IMG/VR virus record: IMGVR_UViG_3300028591_000070
Span: 1 to 64,000 of that record
DNA: 64,000 bases
Source of the DNA: a virus
Lineage: Duplodnaviria; Caudoviricetes
Reading direction: 5' to 3' (one strand)
A program made the translations under genes and the position numbers. Below, one piece after another: positions 37,271-45,950 of the stretch (positions are counted from its first letter, which is position 1; the number at the start of each line of letters is the position of its first letter). Below the pieces are notes generated by a model. It was not told the DNA's origin. It did no database searches and was given only the letters and a program-made list of their open reading frames with translations.

Positions 37271-38021
37271 TTTTAAAAGTATCGAATTTTAATAAATCAT
37301 CATATGTTATAACTTTTTCAATGTGGCTATCTCCTCTATCCATCTCATAATAAGATTTAGCCAATAAAAGGTCATCATAATGTTTCGAGTCTTTATTGAA
37401 CCATCTATCAAATTCATCAAGTAAGTAAGCAGCACCATGCATGTAATCTTTTTCATAATATTCACAAAAATTTAATAATTTATTATAGATAAATGAATTT
37501 TTAAAAAATTCTTCTGATTGGTCATAATCTGAATATATTGCTTGATAACTATATTCTGGATGTGAAATAATTTGTCTACTAAAAAAGCCTTCTCTCAAAT
37601 ATACTTTAAGTGTATCTAAAGACCTTTTTAGAAAAAACTTTGTTGAAGAGTCTAGACTTATAAAAACTGGTGTCCATGTACAAAAATTAATATTACCAGC
37701 ATTCCAAGTTATATAATATGTTGGGATAGTTTTTTTGGGATTTAAATTTAAATCATAAAAAATAGTGTCTGACTCAATGAACCATCCTCCAAGGTGGAGC
37801 ATAAGAAATAATTTATAATATTCATATGTACAGGAATAGTGAATTTTATTTAAAATTTTTTTAATATCAGGCTCAATAGTTTTTTGACAAGCCTTTATTA
37901 AAGCTGAATTTTCATTATAAACATGAATTTCATGACCTAACTCAAGATTTCGATAAACACAAAAACGATTACGATAAGATTTTTTTAGGCAATCATTAAA
38001 ATCAATAACATTAAGGACCAT
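37260..38021 (-). CDS. GT32/DXD-type glycosyltransferase-like protein
   Basis: YEYYKLFLMLHLGGWFIESD resembles the sDxxRxxxLxxxGGxYxDxD motif. Confidence 0.55.
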   Translation of the reverse strand: MVLNVIDFNDCLKKSYRNRFCVYRNLELGHEIHVYNENSALIKACQKTIEPDIKKILNKIHYSCTYEYYKLFLMLHLGGWFIESDTIFYDLNLNPKKTIPTYYITWNAGNINFCTWTPVFISLDSSTKFFLKRSLDTLKVYLREGFFSRQIISHPEYSYQAIYSDYDQSEEFFKNSFIYNKLLNFCEYYEKDYMHGAAYLLDEFDRWFNKDSKHYDDLLLAKSYYEMDRGDSHIEKVITYDDLLKFDTFKIMP

Positions 38022-38048
38022 AGATAAGTTAGTTTCTATGGTCCTTAA
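38011..38048 (-). promoter_or_regulatory. 14-bp hairpin sequestering a start codon, with ACTAA motif in the loop
   Basis: TTAAGGACCATAGA / TCTATGGTCCTTAA perfect arms; ATG 38021 lies in the 3' arm on the - strand. Confidence 0.75.
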
Positions 38049-38052
38049 GTTT

Positions 38053-39702
38053 TTACATCAACTCTCCAAAAACACCTCTACCTGGATCAATAACTTCATC
38101 CAAAGGTTCAATGCTTAAGTTTTTAACATCTGAAATAATCGCATCTGCAACTGAAACAAACTGAGTTGTCATATTAGTTGCGTATAAAACTGCATTCTTT
38201 ACGATATTATATGGATCTACAATTCCCTGTTCAATTAAGTTTTCAACCTTACCAGTTCTAGCATTAAATCCAAAGTTTTTATCCTCATGAAGTTCAATAG
38301 CAACCTTTTCGTAAGAGCAGCTTGCAGAGTGTACTAAAATTTTGAGTGGCATTTTAATAGCTTGCATAAGAGCATCATATACAACTTTTTTATCTGAAGT
38401 AGTGTTTTCCAAAAGTTTAGAATATTCATCACCTTCAGCGATTCTATAAAGTGTTGTTCCACCTCCTACTACAAATCCACCATTCAAAGCGTTTCGTACA
38501 GCATTTAAGGCATCATCAACTCTATCTTTACGTTCAGATAATTCCTGGTTTGAGAGAGCTCCAACATAAATAGTTGCAATACCACCTTCAAGTTTAGCAA
38601 TACGAGACTTGATATTTGTGATTTCATCTGAAGAAAGAGCATGAGTTGGATCTTGATGGTCGATCAAACCTTGTAAAGTATCAACGTAATCTTTCTTTCT
38701 ATTCTTATCAGTTGAAGGTTCTGTTACAACTACACTATTTTTTGTAGCAATAATTGATTCGGCATGTCCACATTTATCATAAGACATTTCTTCAAGCTGA
38801 ATTTTTTCACCAATAACTTCTGTATTAAAGATTACTGCTAAATCTTCATTTTCTCTTTGAATAGACTCTCTTGAATAGCCTGGAGTTCTAATAAATACAT
38901 TGTTATCTTTGGCTGCGGTATTTGTGTAAAAAGCCGCAACCTCATCTGAATAATCTGGTGCAATAACAAGAAGATTATGTCCATGCATCAATTGAATAAA
39001 CATTTTAAAATGTTCCAAGTCTTCAACTGGATCTCTAAAAATTGCAACATAAACATCTTCTAAAATACACTGGTCATTTGCAGAATTTACACATTTAGAT
39101 GAGATATAGCCTTTTCCGATTTCACATCCTTTTGAAAGGACAAGCGAACTTTCTCCATAGCGTGACTGCGAGTCTGCATAAGATACAAGACCTTTATCTC
39201 CAATTGAAGTGAAAGCTTGTGTAATAAGATTTGCCATTTCCTCATCACCATTTGCAGAAATAAAAGCTATATCATGAATCTGTTTTTCATCATCAATATC
39301 ACATTTGAAATTTGATAAAAGATTAAAAATAAAATCTCTTATTTCAGTAATACAAGTTCTAATGAGATTTATATCAAATCCTTGGTCAATAAGTCCATTC
39401 ATTGCCTTACACATAGCATATGTCAAAATAGCTGTAGTTGAAGAACCATCACCATTATGATAATTTGCTTTATCAGAAGCTTCTGTTACAAACTTAACAC
39501 CCATATCTTTAAGTTCATCACTTAATTTAATTTTCTTAAGAGCAGTAACACCATCCTTTGAAAGGATTGTATTTGTTCCATTATTATATGCGAATACTTT
39601 TCCTCTAGGACCGAAAGTGTCAATAACAACACCTACTGCAATTCGCATTCCCTCAAGCATTGCTCTACGGGCGTCAAACGATTTTACAACAATATTTCCC
39701 AT
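38053..39702 (-). CDS. groEL: phage chaperonin, GroEL-like
   Basis: TFGPRG, SKDGVT, GDGSSTT, ISANGD, ERKDRVDDAL, GGG, GIVDP. Confidence 0.95.
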   Translation of the reverse strand: MGNIVVKSFDARRAMLEGMRIAVGVVIDTFGPRGKVFAYNNGTNTILSKDGVTALKKIKLSDELKDMGVKFVTEASDKANYHNGDGSSTTAILTYAMCKAMNGLIDQGFDINLIRTCITEIRDFIFNLLSNFKCDIDDEKQIHDIAFISANGDEEMANLITQAFTSIGDKGLVSYADSQSRYGESSLVLSKGCEIGKGYISSKCVNSANDQCILEDVYVAIFRDPVEDLEHFKMFIQLMHGHNLLVIAPDYSDEVAAFYTNTAAKDNNVFIRTPGYSRESIQRENEDLAVIFNTEVIGEKIQLEEMSYDKCGHAESIIATKNSVVVTEPSTDKNRKKDYVDTLQGLIDHQDPTHALSSDEITNIKSRIAKLEGGIATIYVGALSNQELSERKDRVDDALNAVRNALNGGFVVGGGTTLYRIAEGDEYSKLLENTTSDKKVVYDALMQAIKMPLKILVHSASCSYEKVAIELHEDKNFGFNARTGKVENLIEQGIVDPYNIVKNAVLYATNMTTQFVSVADAIISDVKNLSIEPLDEVIDPGRGVFGELM

Positions 39703-39725
39703 AATAAATAATATTAACCTTAAAC

Positions 39726-39758
39726 AAAAAGGAGCCGCTTTCGCGACTCCTTTGTTTT
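39726..39758 (-). terminator. intrinsic terminator of the clpP-like gene
   Basis: On - strand GGAGTCGC-GAAA-GCGGCTCC-TTTTT. Confidence 0.8.
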
Positions 39759-39775
39759 AGTTTATCACCTTCTTT

Positions 39776-40597
39776 TTATTTATTTTCCTCAGTTGTTTTT
39801 TCTTCTTTTTTAGAAGATTTCTTTTCTGCTTTTTTAGCTGGCTTTTTGACAGCAGACTTTTTAGCAGGTTTTTTCGCAACTGTTGAATTACCTTCCATAA
39901 TAGCCTTAATTTCTTCGTTGATTTCAGCTTGATGCTTTTCAGCGAGAGCAGCAACTAAAGCTTGTTTCTTGTGGTCTTCTTCTCTTGCTTTTAGAATTCT
40001 TTCATGAGCTTCTTTTGCAGTAAACCAGAAATCTTTACCTTCAATCATGGCATCAATTTCTTCATCAGTCATAAATCCAGCATAAATTTCTCTAGCTGTT
40101 TCTTCAAACCATTTCTGATCAAACTTCAAACGAGCAGTAATTTCATGCCATTTTCCATAGAACATAGCTGACATAGAATGTACCATTACACATGAATGAG
40201 GAGCAAAATCAAAGTTATCTCCTGCCATCATGATTGTCGAAGCTGCTGAACAACAGAATCCATCAATATGCATATTGATAGTTGCAGGACAGTCACACAA
40301 AGCATCGAAAATGTGATATCCGGCATACATAGCTCCACCAAAACAATTGATATGAATATCAACAGTATCAGTTGGGTGGCATTCACTTAAAGCTCTCAAA
40401 AAGTCGATATAATCTTCAATATCTTCAATCTCATTGATTAAATAATAATCTATGTTTTTTGAGCCATCAGGTTGGCTTGTAATTTTCAAAAGTGGGTCAT
40501 CATCATAAGGGTCATCATACATAAAAGGTGCTTTTGCCTTATTAGATGGTGTCTTAAACTTAGTTGTTTCCATCATTGTCTCCATATTTTTAAACAT
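39776..40597 (-). CDS. clpP: ClpP-family protease with basic C-terminal tail
   Basis: HINCFGG, GFCCSAAS (catalytic Ser), VMVH, DFWFTAKEA; AKKPAKK tail. Confidence 0.85.
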   Translation of the reverse strand: MFKNMETMMETTKFKTPSNKAKAPFMYDDPYDDDPLLKITSQPDGSKNIDYYLINEIEDIEDYIDFLRALSECHPTDTVDIHINCFGGAMYAGYHIFDALCDCPATINMHIDGFCCSAASTIMMAGDNFDFAPHSCVMVHSMSAMFYGKWHEITARLKFDQKWFEETAREIYAGFMTDEEIDAMIEGKDFWFTAKEAHERILKAREEDHKKQALVAALAEKHQAEINEEIKAIMEGNSTVAKKPAKKSAVKKPAKKAEKKSSKKEEKTTEENK

Positions 40598-40617
40598 ATA
40601 TAAATATTAACAGAATT

Positions 40618-41859
40618 TTAGTTACCACCACCTCGCATAATAGCCATAGCTCCAACAGTTGCAACACTATTACACATAGGACCCAACTTAGCTTCTATCT
40701 CATCTCTTTGAGTTTTCATAACTTGTGGGTCTAATTGTCCTGCAATATCAGTCTTAACAAGAGAACGAATAACATAAAAGTTATTTAATACTTCTGAACG
40801 AATCATAGGACGAACCCAAACTTCAAGTTCATCTTCATCTATTCTCTCATAATCTTTAGACTTACATAGCCATTTAAGGTTTATGTTTCCACCAACAGTT
40901 GTAAAACCATGCATACACCATTGTCCATTGATTTTTTCTTTAGACCAATGTTCTCTACGAATTCTATTTAACATACCTTGGCGAGCAGCATCCATATCCA
41001 TTTGCGATGTATAAGATGATGCTGTTCCAACATAACCTGGTACCATTTTTCCTGGATATCTAATTCCTCTACCATAACGAGAACCCATTATACCACCAGC
41101 TGCTCCACCCATCATTTGAGTATTATAGTAAGCGAATGGATTTCCTCGTCCACCACCTCCTCCCATGCTTCCACCTGGTACAGTATAATATGGAATACAA
41201 CCCATAACTTCAACTGTATCATCTTCAAAAGTTGGGAATGGTACTATAACTTCTTGATTTGCAGCAACTTGTCCATAAGCCTGTTCTTTAACAATAGGTC
41301 TAAAAGTATAGTATCTCTGTAAAGCAGGACGAACCATATATTCAATAATCTGTTGTTTAGAATATTCTATATCTTGGAAGTTTGCAAATGGGAAACCAAT
41401 AACAGTCAAACAAGTCTCCAACTCAAAATCTGAGATATTTATTGACCTTACGCCTGGAGTAACATTTGGTAATTCACCACCTTTTCCTTCAAATGAGAAA
41501 GGAATAAAGTTTTTATCAGGCATAAAACCCGGGTCCCATTTAGCTGGCAATATTCCAAAGTAAGGTAGTGTTAAACCTTGAACAGCAATTTTAGAAGGGT
41601 CCGACTCAGACTGAGATAATTCGTCCCAATGAATAATAAACTTTGTTTTATTGTCAACTCTATAATCTTCTAAAACATAAATAATTCTATTATGAAATAG
41701 AGCATTTGAAACGCCATCACCATCACTAGCATCTACTTTTACAATAGATCCTCTAGTATAGACTTTTGTATCTTTATTTACAGTAAAAGCTCCTAAAGCA
41801 TTCCAAGTATTTAGGATTAGCTCTTGGTCTTGAGTACTTAAATATTCAAATTCATCCAT
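40618..41859 (-). CDS. putative neck protein (T4 gp13-like)
   Basis: IGFPF...IEYSKQQI.....PALQRYY resembles the gp13 N-terminal motif; ACTAA at -12. Confidence 0.55.
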   Translation of the reverse strand: MDEFEYLSTQDQELILNTWNALGAFTVNKDTKVYTRGSIVKVDASDGDGVSNALFHNRIIYVLEDYRVDNKTKFIIHWDELSQSESDPSKIAVQGLTLPYFGILPAKWDPGFMPDKNFIPFSFEGKGGELPNVTPGVRSINISDFELETCLTVIGFPFANFQDIEYSKQQIIEYMVRPALQRYYTFRPIVKEQAYGQVAANQEVIVPFPTFEDDTVEVMGCIPYYTVPGGSMGGGGGRGNPFAYYNTQMMGGAAGGIMGSRYGRGIRYPGKMVPGYVGTASSYTSQMDMDAARQGMLNRIRREHWSKEKINGQWCMHGFTTVGGNINLKWLCKSKDYERIDEDELEVWVRPMIRSEVLNNFYVIRSLVKTDIAGQLDPQVMKTQRDEIEAKLGPMCNSVATVGAMAIMRGGGN

Positions 41860-41862
41860 GAA

Positions 41863-42999
41863 TTAATTAGTAATCCGATGGCGTCCTGCTGTTTGAATTT
41901 TATGTCTTCCAGATGTTTTAGCTTTAAGGTCGATTAAACCCTTTAATTCATCAATGCTATCACTTACTCTGTCCATCCAACCCATAGCAATCATGTCTTT
42001 TACAGTTTTAATTGATGCATCTTTTCCTTGTAAAATATCATTTATATCTTTAATTCCAGGTCTGCAAGGTGGAACTAAAAATGAGACTTTGTCTCTTAAT
42101 TTTTCCATAAGAAAAAGACAAGCTTTAAGTCCTGGGCTATCATTATCAACTACATAGATGACTTGTGGAAACTTATTTAATAAATAAATCTGTCTTTCTG
42201 TTGGTGTACAATGAAAAAGACAACTTGAATTTTTAAATTCAGGTTCTGTTCTTAAGCTAAACATGTCCATCAAACCTTCAGTGATATATAAAGGTTTTGA
42301 GGTGTCCAATTTATTATAATCATAAATTGTATTTATGGATGAATGGCCTGGATATAAAACTTTTTTATATTTCTTTTCATCATATTCTATGCCATGCTCT
42401 TGATGCCATTTTATCCAAGCTTCTTTTCCTTGAGTATCACGAGCTTCAAATGAGATAAGTTTACTATTTTCAAAAATAGGAATTACAACACACTTATTAA
42501 AGTAATTCCATTCTTTTTTATTTAATGGGTCTGATTTTTGTTTTGTTATAAAAAAGTCACCATATTTAATGTTATTCTTTTCACAAAAATCTAAAGTAAA
42601 TCCACGAGACTGGGCCCATTTAACACCATTTGGATTATTCTTAATAGATGTTAAATTACCTTCAAATGTAAAGTCGATTTCAGGAGTTTTAGAGAAGTCT
42701 ATAGATACTGGAGCTTTTGAAACATAGGTGCGTTTAACACCTATGTTCAAGTCTTTATAGATAGAAGTGCCAAATCTTTCGTAATAGACAGTAGTAAGTG
42801 CATGATTATACCCACAAGCATAACATTTACACCAACCTTTCTCAAGATTTATATTCATAGATGGCGAATGATCATCATGGTCTGGGCTAAGGCATCTAAT
42901 ATTAAATTTATTTTTATTGGCTGGAATTTTTACTCCAAGTCTATTTAATATTTCTTTACTTATTTCTGTTTTATCTTCTGAAAAGTCATTTAAGCGCAT
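41863..42999 (-). CDS. dnaG: DNA primase (CHC2 zinc finger + TOPRIM)
   Basis: CLSPDHDDHSPS...CKCYACG, ITEGLMD, VDNDSPG, KDIND. Confidence 0.92.
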   Translation of the reverse strand: MRLNDFSEDKTEISKEILNRLGVKIPANKNKFNIRCLSPDHDDHSPSMNINLEKGWCKCYACGYNHALTTVYYERFGTSIYKDLNIGVKRTYVSKAPVSIDFSKTPEIDFTFEGNLTSIKNNPNGVKWAQSRGFTLDFCEKNNIKYGDFFITKQKSDPLNKKEWNYFNKCVVIPIFENSKLISFEARDTQGKEAWIKWHQEHGIEYDEKKYKKVLYPGHSSINTIYDYNKLDTSKPLYITEGLMDMFSLRTEPEFKNSSCLFHCTPTERQIYLLNKFPQVIYVVDNDSPGLKACLFLMEKLRDKVSFLVPPCRPGIKDINDILQGKDASIKTVKDMIAMGWMDRVSDSIDELKGLIDLKAKTSGRHKIQTAGRHRITN

Positions 43000-43419
43000 T
43001 TATTTACCTACAAAAACATCATCTTCTTTAAAGTCTTTTCCTTTGATTTCCATATCTTGGCCATTTCTTTTAATTTTAATAGTCTGATCTTCACCAAAAG
43101 AAAACTTTTCTCCAGTATCATTATCAACAATATCAATTACCATTTTTCCAGTTGGCTTGATAAAAACATTTGTTGCTGTTACTGAGTGGGCGTCATTATT
43201 TCCCATTTTCATATTAGGCCAATCAATATCTTTTAATTCTACACCTGAAGAGCGTAGAGTCATTGCTTCGTCCTGATAAATATCATATGAAACTTTGTCA
43301 ATACCATCAGGATTTAATCCTTCATCTGCCATCGCGAGACACATTTGGAGGCTTCGGAAGTCTGCATCAACGAGCAAATAATCTGAATATTTTTCTTGTT
43401 TTTTAATTTTTAATGCCAT
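43000..43419 (-). CDS. stand-alone fragment of a family A DNA polymerase (motif A region) with intein/Hint-like C-terminal remnant
   Basis: LLVDADFRSLQM (motif A-like), DAHSVTATNVF; start moved to MALKIK at 43419. Confidence 0.7.
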   Translation of the reverse strand: MALKIKKQEKYSDYLLVDADFRSLQMCLAMADEGLNPDGIDKVSYDIYQDEAMTLRSSGVELKDIDWPNMKMGNNDAHSVTATNVFIKPTGKMVIDIVDNDTGEKFSFGEDQTIKIKRNGQDMEIKGKDFKEDDVFVGK

Positions 43420-43475
43420 AATTATAAAAATATTAACTGAAATACTAATTAAATTTATATAAAGGAGAAAATTTA

Positions 43476-44381
43476 ATGGAAGGACTTTCAAAAGAAACTG
43501 CCTCTAAATTTATGAGTAAGGCTATGAGAATAAACTCTATTTTAGGATATAAAGATTATAGCCACTCTGACTTTACTTCAATTATGCTTGGAAATGTTAA
43601 ACAGGATGACTCTACTTGGGCAAGATATATTGGTGGAAGATTTGCCATTTTTGAAGCACCAGGAAGAACAGGACATCAAAGTAGAGGATATAGTGGAGAT
43701 TGGGAAGAAGCCTTAAATGTAGTTTCTAATTATGGAAAAATTGGTTTAAGTGTTGATTGGGGTGGTGGAGCTGGTGGAAGAAACACTAGAACAGAACTCG
43801 CCACAAAATTTTTCGATGGATATTATAACTTCTCAAGATGTATACAAGAAGCTTTTGGTGGACCTAGATCAGATAGCTGGGAAAATGAAGAAGTTGCTTT
43901 AAGATTTATTGATTGGGCAGCAAATATAAATTCAATTTCTGATATTATTAAAGCAACACCTCTTAAAAAGAATAAAGACTTATTTAATAAATTAAAGACA
44001 TTTATTGTTGAGTGGACTTTAACTATTGAAGAGCTTGCAAAAGACCCTAAATATAAAAAAGATGATGACAAAGGTTGGTGGTATCATCATAATGTAGAAA
44101 GAACTGTTGCAGAAGATGCTATAAAATCTATTAATGTTCCAGAAGAATTATCATCTCTTAATCCTAGTGATTTCAACATTGATAATGGAAGTTTATGGGT
44201 AGCTGGAAAATGGGTCCATCCTATATTTAGAGAAACAACTAGTGGTGAAATTAAATGTTTCTGGCAACAATCTTCAAATGGAGCTCCAAAACCATTAAAA
44301 ACTCCAGATGATTTGGCAAATTGGATTGGTGCAACTATAAAGTTTACACCTAAGTTTGATCCGGCTACATTTTTAAGTTAA
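43476..44381 (+). CDS. hypothetical protein
   Basis: 301 aa; AAGGAG SD and ACTAA upstream. Confidence 0.75.
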   Translation: MEGLSKETASKFMSKAMRINSILGYKDYSHSDFTSIMLGNVKQDDSTWARYIGGRFAIFEAPGRTGHQSRGYSGDWEEALNVVSNYGKIGLSVDWGGGAGGRNTRTELATKFFDGYYNFSRCIQEAFGGPRSDSWENEEVALRFIDWAANINSISDIIKATPLKKNKDLFNKLKTFIVEWTLTIEELAKDPKYKKDDDKGWWYHHNVERTVAEDAIKSINVPEELSSLNPSDFNIDNGSLWVAGKWVHPIFRETTSGEIKCFWQQSSNGAPKPLKTPDDLANWIGATIKFTPKFDPATFLS

Positions 44382-44394
44382 TATGACTTAAAAT

Positions 44395-44727
44395 ATGGAA
44401 ACAATTAAAAATAAATATAAATCTAATTCGGGATGCAGCACAATGCATCCCAATTTGTTATGGTGCAAAATACTTAGAGCTGTAGAAATATGGCCAGACG
44501 AACATGAAGGCCAATACTTAAAAAAACAAGAATATTCTGATATGTTGGGTAAAAAGCCTTATAAGTATCAAGCGGAATTAGATAACTTAAAGTTTGTAGA
44601 ATATATTGAATATATTCCTAAAAATAAACATGTTCCATACTATGGCTATAAATTGACTGAATTAGGAAAACAAGTATTACAACAAATGAAAGATGAATTT
44701 GGTGAAGAAAATCTTTTAATTTTTTAA
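44395..44727 (+). CDS. small winged-helix-like protein
   Basis: YKLTELG wing motif; paralogous to a domain of 44769..45854. Confidence 0.6.
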   Translation: METIKNKYKSNSGCSTMHPNLLWCKILRAVEIWPDEHEGQYLKKQEYSDMLGKKPYKYQAELDNLKFVEYIEYIPKNKHVPYYGYKLTELGKQVLQQMKDEFGEENLLIF

Positions 44728-44734
44728 AATAAAG

Positions 44735-44763
44735 AAGCCACTCAAAAGAGTGGCTTTATTTTT
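44735..44763. terminator. bidirectional terminator
   Basis: AAGCCACTC-AAAA-GAGTGGCTT. Confidence 0.8.
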
Positions 44764-44768
44764 ATTGA

Positions 44769-45854
44769 TTACTCATCATCTTCAACGAAGTTTGAACGAC
44801 GATTTATATTGTGGAATGTATTATCATCTGCTCCAAGACGACCTGTTTTAAGGTTTCCTCTATTTGTAGGAACTACCTTTTCAGCTCTGTCTAGCAAGAA
44901 GTTACGATAGAATGAATCAACTCCAATTGACTTAATACGACCAATTGCTTTATCCTGAATCTTCTTATAGATTTCTTTTTCTTCATCATCAAAAGTATCT
45001 AAGATAATAGAAGAGAATTTAATACCTTTAAGGTCTGAACCTTGACCAAATGCTCTATTAAGTTCTCTGTTTGTTTCTGCGAAAATTCTCTTAAGCTTAC
45101 GAACTTTATCCTCATCCATGCTTCCTGTATCATAACCAAAAATACGTCTCTGAGTTCCAACGTCAATGTCACGGTCATAAACAGCAACTGGAAGAACAGT
45201 TCTTTCACGTGGAGCTGAGTCATGAACACCTTGATAAGAGAATGCTACTTCTCCCTGATATTCCTGGTCATCTTTTCTTGTAAGAGTTGGCTCAAGGTTG
45301 TGACGTTCCATACGGTCACCTTTAACTGTTTCAAATGGGTTACATGCTCTTTCACCAAAAGAACGAATCATATAACGCATAACTTTTTCTCCAAGTGGAG
45401 TTACTTTATAAGCTCCAAGGCCAATTGAACCTGGTGTCTTAACTCTTTCAAGATATCCAGCTTTGTTTACTAATGTTCCAAAATAAGCTGAGTCCTGGTT
45501 TGCATAGTCCCAACCATTCTTTCCCTGATATTCTTGTGGTTGGAGTAATTCACCATTGTGATATTTTGGCCAGAAATAAGCAGCTGCCAAGAATTCACAC
45601 CAACGATTTTCTGGGTGCATAAACTTTACATGAGGACAAGTTGCATAAGGGTTTATATCCTTGTCACTATGTGGTGTTCTGATACCCATTTCTTCAATTT
45701 TTTCAACTGATTCTGTAAGACCAATCTTAATATTAGATCCATCAAAATCAAGATCGAACGAGTTTACATTTTCAAGAAGACCTTCTTTCTGCATATCTTT
45801 AATGGTAGCTTCAAAGGCTTCTGCAAGCTTGCTTTCAACAAGTTCTTTATCCAT
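44769..45854 (-). CDS. putative head-internal protein with winged-helix-like domain
   Basis: N-terminal LVES, LAEA, LLEN, LTES motifs; YKVTPLG; GGAGG SD. Confidence 0.6.
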   Translation of the reverse strand: MDKELVESKLAEAFEATIKDMQKEGLLENVNSFDLDFDGSNIKIGLTESVEKIEEMGIRTPHSDKDINPYATCPHVKFMHPENRWCEFLAAAYFWPKYHNGELLQPQEYQGKNGWDYANQDSAYFGTLVNKAGYLERVKTPGSIGLGAYKVTPLGEKVMRYMIRSFGERACNPFETVKGDRMERHNLEPTLTRKDDQEYQGEVAFSYQGVHDSAPRERTVLPVAVYDRDIDVGTQRRIFGYDTGSMDEDKVRKLKRIFAETNRELNRAFGQGSDLKGIKFSSIILDTFDDEEKEIYKKIQDKAIGRIKSIGVDSFYRNFLLDRAEKVVPTNRGNLKTGRLGADDNTFHNINRRSNFVEDDE

Positions 45855-45902
45855 CTAAAATCCTCCAATAATTATTGTGATATAAAATAATTAGTTAATA
45901 TA

Positions 45903-45931
45903 ATGAATTTTGTTATCTTGAGAAGTATATT
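45903..45931 (+). promoter_or_regulatory. sigma70-like promoter
   Basis: ATGAAT-N17-TATATT upstream of the early gene run. Confidence 0.55.
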
Positions 45932-45950
45932 CTAATATAAGAGGTTAAAT

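Noticed and set aside
39776-40597. ClpP as the prohead maturation protease
   Set aside because: It carries the GTTAATA motif and sits with groEL; the (I/L)xE motifs point to a T4 gp21-like protease not seen in this window. Not fully excluded
8483-43491. Longest-ORF starts in the supplied track (8483, 13559, 19859, 21605, 34749, 43491; also 3355 and 4790)
   Set aside because: The extensions run through terminators, promoter motifs or upstream genes; downstream ATGs fit the motif spacing or an SD
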